A DNA stretch of 63,875 bases, filler included. It is 13 parts of 13 records of this genome, joined end to end, with 100 filler letters (N's around TTAATTAATTAA, not from the genome) between each part and the next. Parts side by side here need not be neighbours in the genome. Positions count along the whole stretch, not along the records: positions 47,188 to 51,019 come from SRR15195285_6468; positions 51,120 to 57,270 come from SRR15195285_6484; positions 57,371 to 63,875 come from SRR15195285_6492; 10 more parts are not named here. One strand, 5' to 3'. This document shows, piece after piece, positions 47,425-57,465 of the stretch. Position numbers and translations under genes: made by a program. How positions within the stretch are numbered: position 1 is the stretch's first letter; each line of letters opens with the position of its first letter. The notes below the pieces were generated by a model, which saw nothing but the letters and a program-made list of their open reading frames with translations, had not been told where the DNA came from and did not search any database.

Positions 47425-48762
47425 ATGCCAGTGAGGCAGCTGGAAGGGGACCATGCCAACTTAACGCCACCTGCTAGTGGTGGCTCTGCCTCGACGGTGG
47501 TTGCTGCGGAACGAGGCCGATACGCGACCTGTGCGCAGAACGTGCTCTGCTGCTGCTGCACTGATGTTTTGGGAGGGCTGGCCGGATACGTCCTCTGCCT
47601 GTACGGGCTGGTCATACTTGCGCACCACTTTCCGACCGTGGGCTTGCCGCTGCTGGCGGTGTTGCCACCGCTGCTTCTGCTAGCGATGTGCACTCTCCGC
47701 CACCTGGACGGGCTGAACGGGTGCCAGCTGGTTCTCACGACAGCTTGCGCGGTGCTGTGGATGTCGCCGCTGCTGCTACTGCAGTGGGCACTAGCAACCA
47801 CACACGTCCCGACCATGCTGTTCGCACTAGACTCCCGTTGCGCCACGTGCATCGAAGCCCACGGTGGCTACGACGCGAAGTACTTGGGCCTTTGCAGCTG
47901 TTGGGGCAAAACTTTTGTCCAAGCTTTCGTGCTCTCGGCGTTTCCAGAGGAACTGCTGAAGCTTGTGGCTGTGCTCGGCGTCGCGAATCGTACTCACATC
48001 TCGAGGCCAGGGGCTCTCGTCATGTACGCCATGGGCGCCTCAGCTGGCTTTGCTGCCGTAGAGAACATCCTGTACGTGATCGGAGCGAGCACACAGAAAG
48101 ACGGCGACACCGGCGATGATAGTGCGACCACCACAGCCTTGGCGAGGGCGGCTTTGAGCATCCCTTTGCACCTAACATGCGGGGCGCTGATTGGAGTGGG
48201 CCTGGCACGCTGGCGATGGCTGAGCAAGCGCGGCACCGAGTCCCGACATCTTTGGACTCTCGTCAATAGAGCGGAGGAGGGCTCCGTAGAACCAGCACAC
48301 GATGCGCCGGCTGTTGCTGGCCTGTGCCGTTGTTGCACTGGCGCCTGCTACGGTGGGTTGCCTTGTCGTGCTGGACTAACCATCGTCATACCAGCGATGC
48401 TCATCCATACAGTGTATGATGGCGTTTTGATGGCACCATACAGACTTTACCAGGTCGAATTGGGCTCGCCGAGCCACATACAACAGATGTATATTGGGTC
48501 AGGAGTGACAATTATGGTCGGCTTGCTGGGAGTGTACATCCTCTCGTTGCCACTCAACGCTCCAGGCGTGGCGGAGCAGGACGATACGCTGGAGCCGGAT
48601 GAAGAACGCCGAGTAGGACGCTGGCCTGCTCGCCGGCGGGAGGGGGTGAATCTTGCCGACTGCGTGTATGCGTCTATCTTATGTTGCCTGGAGGATGATT
48701 TCTACGAAGAGGAAGACGCTCGGTTGCAAGACGAACGTGCGAGGGCACTGTCGCATCCGTGA
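47425..48762 (+). CDS. PrsW-family intramembrane protease
   Basis: Multipass protein with the four PrsW motifs: 'PEELLK', 'GFAAVEN', 'PLHLTCG' and 'HTVYD'. Confidence 0.88.
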   Translation: MPVRQLEGDHANLTPPASGGSASTVVAAERGRYATCAQNVLCCCCTDVLGGLAGYVLCLYGLVILAHHFPTVGLPLLAVLPPLLLLAMCTLRHLDGLNGCQLVLTTACAVLWMSPLLLLQWALATTHVPTMLFALDSRCATCIEAHGGYDAKYLGLCSCWGKTFVQAFVLSAFPEELLKLVAVLGVANRTHISRPGALVMYAMGASAGFAAVENILYVIGASTQKDGDTGDDSATTTALARAALSIPLHLTCGALIGVGLARWRWLSKRGTESRHLWTLVNRAEEGSVEPAHDAPAVAGLCRCCTGACYGGLPCRAGLTIVIPAMLIHTVYDGVLMAPYRLYQVELGSPSHIQQMYIGSGVTIMVGLLGVYILSLPLNAPGVAEQDDTLEPDEERRVGRWPARRREGVNLADCVYASILCCLEDDFYEEEDARLQDERARALSHP

Positions 48763-48804
48763 AAGGGCTAGCTGCGAAGAAGGGATCACCACCTCTGGGA
48801 GAGC

Positions 48805-48985
48805 GAAGAAGCCGGGCGGTGGGCCGCCCTCCCTGCCAGGGAAAAAGCCAGATGGCGGGTCGCCGTCTCTGCCAGGAAAGAAGGCAGGTAGCGGACCGCC
48901 GTCTCTCCCAGGGAAGAGGGCAGGTGGCGGGCCACCGTCCCCGCCAGGAAAGAAGGCCGGAGCACCTAGTTTGTCGGGCAAGTAA
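48805..48985 (+). repeat. 36-bp tandem repeat (about 5 units) encoding KKPGGGPPSLPG-like units
   Basis: Units KKPGGGPPSLPG, KKPDGGSPSLPG, KKAGSGPPSLPG, KRAGGGPPSPPG and KKAGAPSLSGK*. Confidence 0.9.
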
Positions 48986-49224
48986 TCTGCGCAAGCGGTC
49001 GACCCCAAGGGAGAAACAAAAATGTACTCTCAAGCGATGACAGCAGCATGCCATCATGACCTTGTGCCTTCACCACCGCTGTCTCCTGCGGCTGTGTACT
49101 CCGTATACTTAGCCGAGCTACCTTTACACAGCCGTCGATCGTACTTAGCACTTAGTGTCGGTGCGCCAGGTATGCAGCTGCAATTGGCCTCCTTCATTGC
49201 TACCAGGTATACTGCGCCTACCAC

Positions 49225-50848
49225 TTAGCGTTTGGCAAACTGGGCAGCTGGCTCGCCAAACATAGTAGCCATTGGGCGACCTAGTGTCAGCCGTTGCAAG
49301 CACCCTAAAGTCTCTCTCATACACCACACAAGCACCGAAACAGACACCAGCACCGACGTTGTGAGCGTGGGCATCACACCCACAGATGCTCTCAATGCAG
49401 AGCGCGCACCACAGCAAAAGACCGCACCAACCAAATTGCCCGCGAGCACAGGTAGCATGTTGTTTAACCAGAACGCCTGGGTACAAAGGTGGCAATGACT
49501 TTTGCAGTTAGATCAAACACGTCCAACCGGAGCTTGCTGAGGGTGATAAGCTTTTGTACGTACAGATGCTGAGACTTCTGCTCCACAAACAATGCCTGCC
49601 CCGGCGACACAAGTGCGTTACGACACTGGCCAGCGCCCAAGCAGCCTCCATTCAAATGAAATGTGTGTCAAATGAACATCCAACTACGAACGAAGATCCT
49701 AGAATGCTTGTAAACCATCGATTCGAATACGTTACCCAGTGGGATCAGAAACATGTTGGCCACACTGCGGTTGATTGCATACAAATCATTTTTGCACGAT
49801 TGGAGCACAGCCGTTCATCGAGCAAGCCAGTGTGTGCCGGTAGATGCATCATTCCATCAGGTACAGCGAGATCCTGATAATTACTGCACGTGTGGCAAGA
49901 ACAAAAAAGTTGTCGGGCGTAGCGTGTGCGATTACCTGTGTTCCAGCCCAAGTGCAACAAACGTCATTATCGGCATCCACAGAGCGGCTATCTTTCCGGG
50001 AGCACTATGGGCCGCTTGGGCTTGCACGATCGCAGTCGCCACCAACCTGATCATGAAGCGCATTCGGTCCAACTCAACAAGTCAGTATATCACTGCCGAT
50101 TCGAATGGAACCTGTCCAAAGGTGGCGTACGCTGATTGAACGCAGGTACGATTGCTCACCAGTTTGCACCGACGCCTTTGATGAACGCTGCGGATGGGGC
50201 GAGGGAGGTCTTACTGATTGCTAGCGCCATTGCACCGGTGGCCACTGGTCCTGTCATTGGAAAAACACCTCCAGCCCACACCATCCCGACAACCGCCAGT
50301 GAACCCGCAAAGTTGCCAAGGAATGACCATGTCAGCACGCGCGCCACTGGGCCTGCTCGGTCGGTGCTGATGGGCGGTAGCGACTGTGTAAGCATATTGC
50401 CTGTCAGCAACTCGCTGCCAGAGAGAGTAATCATAGATAAGCCTACTGGAAACACGGCGCCTTTGATCAGTGCAACGGCGCCCGGGGCTACGGCATTCGC
50501 ACATCCACCGGCGACGACCGTCATGAGCAAGCCACCCCAACCAAGCATCGCCCCACCAAGAAAGCTGCTTGCCAGCATCTGGACAGCAGGTCGCTGGCCT
50601 TGTGCCACACCCTTGGCTGCCAATTGATCGATTGCAATGTCCGTGCTAAATGGCGCCGTCGCATCGCTCGGCGTCGTTGCTGGTGCTGCGGGGTCTCGCA
50701 CTGATGCCGCGGATGTTGTGACTGCGCAGCGCTGCAAGCTTCGGTGCAGCGAGAGCTTCGGCCGTGCAGTTGAGCGCCGACAGGAGCAGCGGCATGGCAG
50801 CGAGAACCGAAATGGCAGCCGTGCGTGGCCTAAGTGTGCCGCCCACAT
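49225..50848 (-). CDS. Formate/nitrite transporter (FNT) family channel, multi-exon
   Basis: 'VFPVGLSMITLSGSELLTGN', 'GNFAGS', 'GVGANW|LVA', 'GKIAALWMPIMTFVALGLEH|SVANMFLIPLG' and 'PVLAGNLVGA'. Confidence 0.93.
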
Positions 50849-51123
50849 CGCTCGCTATTTGTGTCCCACGTGGGTCGTTCTCGTGCACCCGTGCCGGCGT
50901 GGCGGCCGCGGGGCCGCGCGGATTGAATATTCTAATATTGTAGCGTAAGGGAGTCTGTGAAGGACTACTAGTACGCCACCCGTGCCCCGCGGCTTCGTTA
51001 AGGATTAATTCGAGTTTTCNNNNNNNNNNNNNNNNNNNNNNNNNNNNNNNNNNNNNNNNNNNNTTAATTAATTAANNNNNNNNNNNNNNNNNNNNNNNNN
51101 NNNNNNNNNNNNNNNNNNNATAG

Positions 51124-51166
51124 AACCTGGGCACTGCAGTCTGATCGACACGTTCGGCGCATGTTG
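51124..51166. repeat. Dispersed intergenic repeat (AACCTGGGCACTG plus 33-nt extension)
   Basis: Core also at 41163-41175, 60131-60143 and inverted (12 nt) at 32021-32032. Positions 51134-51166 match 57371-57403 at 30 of 33 nt. Confidence 0.8.
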
Positions 51167-51358
51167 ATCCGCGCGCCGCCGCCGCCGCCGCCGCTCGCGC
51201 GCCGCGGCGCGCGGTAGAGCATCATGCACAGACAGGCACGCACCGCCTGGCTGGCACCCCCATGCAGGGTGGGGTACGGTGCCGAATGACGGGCTGCTCA
51301 TGAAGAATACGTAGCAGTAGAGCTGTAGAGCCCCAGGCCTTGGCTGACGGAATTGGAC

Positions 51359-54300
51359 ATGGACCAGGAATGGCTGGGGTCGTTTCCTGTCGTAGCTGGG
51401 GAGTCCGAGGAGTGGCCGGACGCACTCCGCGAGAGCACGGAACAATTAGAGCAGTGGCCCGAAGATGCCGAGGAGGACTTCGACGAGGAGGATTTTTCAT
51501 CGCCGGCGGACACTAATCAGCCGGCTGCTGCAGCAGTAGACAGCAACTCAGCGGCTGCATTTTCCCCGGGCGTAGACGTACAATCCGAGGGCCTCGGTGG
51601 CGGGGATTGCCTACCGGTTCGTGCGCCGGCCGTTGGCAATCCAAAGCGCGTGCGATTGGAGGCTCCCGCACGCAGCGCAACCGGTCTCTCGGCTACCCTT
51701 GGTGGGTCCACACTTGCGACGACAGTACCGGGCAGAGGACAGGGGTCAACTGCGCAAGGGCCAACTTCTGGCTCGGCGGTAGGTCTCGAATTTGAAGAGG
51801 CCTGGCGGCTTCTGACTGACTCGGCGGTGACGTGTGACGGCCAGCGGCCGTACTTTCTCCTAGCAGGCGGCCAAACTGTGGACGCTTGCCGCGGAAGGGT
51901 GTTCAAAGAGCTGTGCTATCAATCGGGCGGCAAGAGACGGCGCAAGGGGACGGATAAGTGGGTGTGCAAAATGGGGCGGAGAGGCTGCACAGAAGCGCGA
52001 ATGCAGGGAAGCACGGACGTGGTTCGACGTACCTATGGCATTCTCACGCTGATGGACACGTACGGCGTAGAGATCGGGAAGGCGACTTATCATCAGTACG
52101 AGATTCGGAGCCCGGACGATTCGCGTGAAATGCATCTAAGGCATGAATATCGGCTATATCACTTGCTTGGGTCCATAACCCCACAAGACGCGAGCAAGGC
52201 TGCCTCTTCGAGAGAAACTACCCAGTGTGGTCTACTACGACTACAGCTTGACTCCGACTCCGACTCCGGCAAGTGGATGCAGTTTGAGGACGCGAATCAT
52301 TCTATAATGGGATCTATTGAGCAGAATAGACACGGATTCGCCACTTTTAACACACCCGCAGGAGACTTTGCTGAGTGGCATCCGCGTGCAGCAAATGAAG
52401 CGCCACTAGAGGAAGGTGATGTTGTGGGGTTCATCTCTGCCTCACCGAATGACTGTAGGCAGCAAATAACGCGGCGCACCAATGGAGCTTCTGCACTTGG
52501 CGTTGTCACGCATCGAGCGGCTGTGTCTGGGTCAGCGCCACCTGCTCACGAGAGGCACTTGTTCGAAACTATCGCGTACACAGGGCGTGTACCGATCAAA
52601 GTCCGCGGGACTGTCACAGCAGGGAGCCTCGTGGGACCATCGGGTTACGAGGATGGCACAGCCATGATGCTTCTTGCGTGCTGCACAGGACCCGCAGTCG
52701 GTCGTATAGAGGCGAGCTCAGATGCAGTACACGAAACAGCAGAAAACTCGGGTTTGGCAATGGAGCTGCTAGAACACCGCAAATCGTCACTCGCTACACC
52801 GGAAGAATGGCGCAGTGTCGACTGTGTTGTCGTCAACCCTGCGCACACGATGCACAACAGTTGGACGGCACGTCAGCGATGCTTGGTCGCGCTGTTGTTG
52901 CTGCTTGCATGCGCCTTCTTTGCCCACATATACACTACTACAACAACTGCCCATGCTTTGGTGTATTGCCCAGCCGCTGAGGTCGACATGCTCTCCTGGC
53001 ACGAGTCAACACTGACATGCTATGGATGCGATTCTTCTCGGAACACGTTGTTGCACATCCCACGGACTCTAGTGTCTACCCAGCCATGGCGTATCGACTG
53101 CCCAGACAGTAACCTCATTGGTAGTGTATACCGCACATGTACGACAGCCGGTTGGGGACCCTTGCACGGCAGCTGTAAGCGGAAACGCTGCCCAAACACA
53201 ACGTTTCATCTCGACGCAGGTGCGTCACATCACTGCATCATACGAAAACAAACTATGGTAGCTTGACCAAGATGGCTTGTCGAACAGATGAATTGTTGGT
53301 CGACAACGGTCAGACCACGATCAGGATCGATGAAGCGATCGAGGGTACTACTACGCGCCTGATCCCGTGCAAGACGCATGCCCCAATCCAGTACTATAAT
53401 GGGAATCTCAGAGTTCACTGCCCAGCTGGTGCGTCCTGGATGTCAGACAGACTAGAGCTACAAGTTGAGATATCGAACGGCCTTGCTGCCGCAGGTAGTG
53501 ATCAGTGGGAGATCAACAACACCTGCATCAAAAAAGAATGTCCTGCAGAGAACGTCTCCTGGCCGTCCGGCCCGGATCCTGAAAGCACACCGGCCTTTAC
53601 AACAAGCATGCCAGTCACCAGTATGATGGCCGGCGGACGGATGTTTCCGTGCTGTCAGGTACTACCTTCACACGCTTGAAATTCATGAACGGGTTGTCAG
53701 CCAAGGGGCTCAGTGTAGATCTAGTCCGTTTTGACCTAGTGGAATTGTTGTGTAAGTTGTGGATGGCTCTGTTGGGCAGGGCGCCGTATCTATGACAGGC
53801 AGCTGCAGTGCAGCAACCTACAGCGGTGCCGAAGACGACAGGTGGCTTGGGACGTATGCGAGTATAGTGTGTGCTGACGGCCAGTGGCGCACTTCAATTG
53901 CTCCGACGTACAACCTCATTGGAGACTGCAACGCGGCAGTGAGATGCTGTCCGAGCAGCTTGGTTCGGGTTCGTGCGAACTCGGCACTGGACGTCGATGC
54001 AGCAGTGACATGGCAGCAGTTTCGATCGCTGCCACAAGCGAATTGGCTGCCACAGTCCGGTGTTCTCACGGCCGTCGGCGTGTCTATCGGCAACGCAGAT
54101 TGGCTTCAGGTTGCTGCGTCACCACCTATTGAAAGTCATCACAGGCCATATGTACTGGACTCGACCCTGCCAAACAGCATGTTCAGCCCAGATCAAATAG
54201 TGACGCCCAAGATGACCTCCACTGGCCGCTCCGCTGCTGCATTTGCCAAGGTCGCGTGCCGTCAGCTAGGTTTTCGATATGCTCCACTTGTGACAACCTG

Positions 54301-55308
54301 TGGCTCTTTGCAAAACGCTGCCGCAGCAGCTACCAGAACTGATGGAGGTCAGAACACCAGCATGTCAAGCCGTCTTTCGCAGATTATATCGGTGGTGTGT
54401 CCACACATGGCTTCTCCTTCGTTTGGAACTCGCCAACAGAACGATGTGTGCAAAGCCGCACCTTTCGTCATTCGTCCTGAGCAAGACTATCCAGGAGCCG
54501 CCGGAGGCACAAATGGCCTTGAAGCTCAGGATTGGTTGCAGCATATTTTCGATACGCAAAATGACGTTTCTAGACCTATGGCAACGATGAAGACTGCTAC
54601 ATCATGTACAAGTAGCTGCGATGGAACCGAGTCGAGCATCACGGCTTGCTTTTCACGCTGCATAACAGACTGGCAGTCAAGTGTACGGATACCTTGCGCC
54701 CATACGATGCTCGTAGGATGTTCAAACGATTCGAGTCGAGCATTACCGAGAGCGGAGCGAGCAGGCACCCATGGCCAGGACGGCACCTGGGTGGTGGGTG
54801 ACCGCGGAGCTGATGCCCTCTCTAGGCGCCCTAGAAAAATATTTAGCGCTACAGATGGGCCCTATAATTGTGCCACGCATCAATTGTTTGGGGCCGGAAG
54901 TGGCCAGGGTGTCCGCAAGTCTGACAACGTCAGTGATAGAAATCAGTGGCTTCGTAAGCTCTGCTGGGGGACACTGGTGCCAAACTGATCTCGGCGTCGC
55001 ATGGCTGACGGTAGGATGGATGTAAGGCTAGTGTGTGCAAAATTGTGATGGAGCCATACAACACTTTTTGGGAAGAATTCTGCCAAGTTTCAGCTGTGCA
55101 TAGCCTTGAAACCCAATTGGACTGGGTGCGCAAAGCACCTATCAACACTAGCTGTGCAAGCTATGGAACAGACTGGCGCAAGATCGAGATCACAAGCTAC
55201 AGGTACTGGAGTGCTGATCTACGTCGGACACGTATCGCATTCCGAGGAGTCCGAATGGTGCCCAATCGTCGGAAGCTGATTTGCGGATTCTGTGATGGCT
55301 TAGATTGA
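51359..55308 (+). CDS. Putative membrane-tethered self-cleaving transcription factor (DBD-like, Peptidase_G2, TM, Sushi-like/SRCR-like ectodomain)
   Basis: Exon 1 (51359-53219) holds an acidic N-terminus, NLS-like motifs, the G2-type motif series 'GDFAEW...GDVVG...LGVVT...G...IAYTGRVPIKVRG.V.AG' and a TM helix. Intron 53220-53287 is clear; introns 53659-53779 and 54929-55014 are tentative. Confidence 0.72.
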
Positions 55309-55453
55309 CGGGTATCGTCGGGTCTGAATAAGGATGACGATCGCAACATAGGTGTATAAAGGGCCAATGCATTCAGAAGCTGAATGCTGTGCTTTTGTGT
55401 GAATATATGGTAGGTATTACACACGCCCTCTAACTAGCCGTAACCCTATCAGC

Positions 55454-57150
55454 CTACAAGATGCTTCGGTCTTCGGGAGCCAAAGTGCCGGGGAAGGCCT
55501 TGCATCGCGCCCACTCTGAGCCGACGAGCGTGCCACCACCGTTCGGTAGGCGGGTGTCGATGTGCATCGAGGCAGCGCCCGTGGTCTTGCCCGCCATCCA
55601 TTCGGCGTAGTGCTGGTAGCTGGTCTTGTTTGTGCCGTCATTGACCTGGAGCTGTGCCCAGGGGCAGCCGTGGCAGATGCAGCTCTGCATGACAGAAGCA
55701 GCAGGCGTGCCGCACGAGTGAGCACGCGACGGCAAGTCTACAAGAGCCAGGATCAGCTGTAGACAGCTTGCAGCGGCGCCTGGCTGGCTCATCCACGCTG
55801 CTGGCTTCGCTTGCTAGCTAGCAGCTCCTAGCGAGCTCGTTTCTGCTCACGGTGATCATGCCACCGTTCTTGGTCTCGCCACCGGTGTAGACGGGCGCGA
55901 GCTGCGCCATGAAGTCCTTCCCATACTGAATGACGCCATCTTGCTCGGCCTTGGTCTTCCAGTTCGACTGGAATTCACTGCCCAGTTGCCAGGCGTCGTA
56001 TTTGCTGTTGAACACTGCAGCAATGCATACAGAGAAGATCGCATCAGCAGCCCATGCACGCGCGTCCGCGAGCAAACTGACTTACTGAAGAACGGCGTCT
56101 TGATCACGTCTTGCATGTGAGGCGACATGAAGCACAGACCAGGCTCCTCCGGGTGCTTCTCCTCACAGGCCTTGGTCAAGCCACCGTCGCTGCCGAACGT
56201 CAGGTTCTGCATTTTGTATATGTAGCGCATCCAAGTCGTGTAATTGGCGTGGTTCCAGGACGGCGTGTTCGGCACCGCGGAGGCGCTGTCGTGCGCGTAA
56301 TTGTCGTGATCCAAAAAGTAGCCCACCACCGGCGCGGCGCGGATCTTCTTGCAGCCCGGAGCCTCGGCCTCGACGCGCGCGGCCACGCGGTCAGCGTGCA
56401 GGAACGTGGACAGCCCACCAGCGGAGCCACCTGTCAGCACGAACTCGGTCGCCGTCTTGAGCCCGTGCTCCATTGCCCAGTCGACCGTGGCGTCAATGTT
56501 CTTGATTCCGCGGAAGTAGAGCACCTCGCCCTCCGGCTTCTCTGCCGTCTTGGTGCCGGGCACCGGCCATGGGTCCGGACGAAAGCCCGAGAAGCTCGCG
56601 CCGTCACCGTACGGCATGTACAGGCAATTGCAGTCCTCGTCAAGTCCGTCGTCCTTGGTGTTCATGCAGCCGCAGCCGCCGGTCTTGCTCCATCCCTTGG
56701 AGCTGCCAAGCGCCATTTTCGAGCGGGAGTAGCACTCCTGCTCGTCGTAGCACCACCCTGCCACACCACCGTTCCAAGTCAAGCAACATCCTGAGGGCTG
56801 GGTGAGCTGGGCAAATGCGGTCGCTCGCTCTCACCGCCACCCTCGATACTGATGGTCCACTTGGTCGAGCCGGTCTTCGACGGACTAAAGTAGAAGCCGT
56901 AAGGCGAGCCGTCGAGGCATGCGGGAGACTCGTTCCCCTTGTCCTGTGGCAGCAACGTCAGCGGGCCGGTGCCAGAGAGCGCGCGGTCCAATCCCCCAAG
57001 CCCACCATGGGACTGCGAACCGCCCGCCTCAAGGTCAGCCGCCAGCTCTGCCGCCGTGTTGCAGCCCGCGACGCCCGTCGCCCCGGCAATGCAGGCCGCC
57101 ACTGTGAACTTGATGCGGAGCGCCATCATCATCGTCGCCGTTCGCGCCAC
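55454..57150 (-). CDS. Pectin acetylesterase/Notum-family (PAE) secreted esterase, multi-exon
   Basis: 'ACLDGSPYGFYF', 'EGGG|WC', 'YGDGASFSG', nucleophile 'GGSAGG' and 'NSKYDAWQL'. Confidence 0.93.
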
Positions 57151-57465
57151 AGGCTGGGTTGGAATCGTGCCGCGGAGTACCGAGTACCCCCAGGATATAT
57201 TTATATAGGAATTCCTATGAGTATAACAGTATAAGAGTATTTGTTACTGACGCGTGTGCATTGCGCACGTNNNNNNNNNNNNNNNNNNNNNNNNNNNNNN
57301 NNNNNNNNNNNNNNTTAATTAATTAANNNNNNNNNNNNNNNNNNNNNNNNNNNNNNNNNNNNNNNNNNNNCTGCAGTCTGATCGACTCGTTTGGCGCATG
57401 ATGGGCGGACCCGCACCCGGAATAATTCCGTTCGTAGATAGATTGAGACGCCGATACGTACGCCG

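Noticed and set aside
52361-52700. Peptidase_G2 region as evidence of a prophage or viral insertion
   Set aside because: It is embedded in an intron-containing eukaryotic gene with no other viral genes nearby, so it is a domesticated domain.
41478-55308. Apparent signalling cluster of TM-C2H2, POGLUT1, PrsW and the G2 factor
   Set aside because: It spans three separate contigs. Only TM-C2H2 and POGLUT1 are physically linked.
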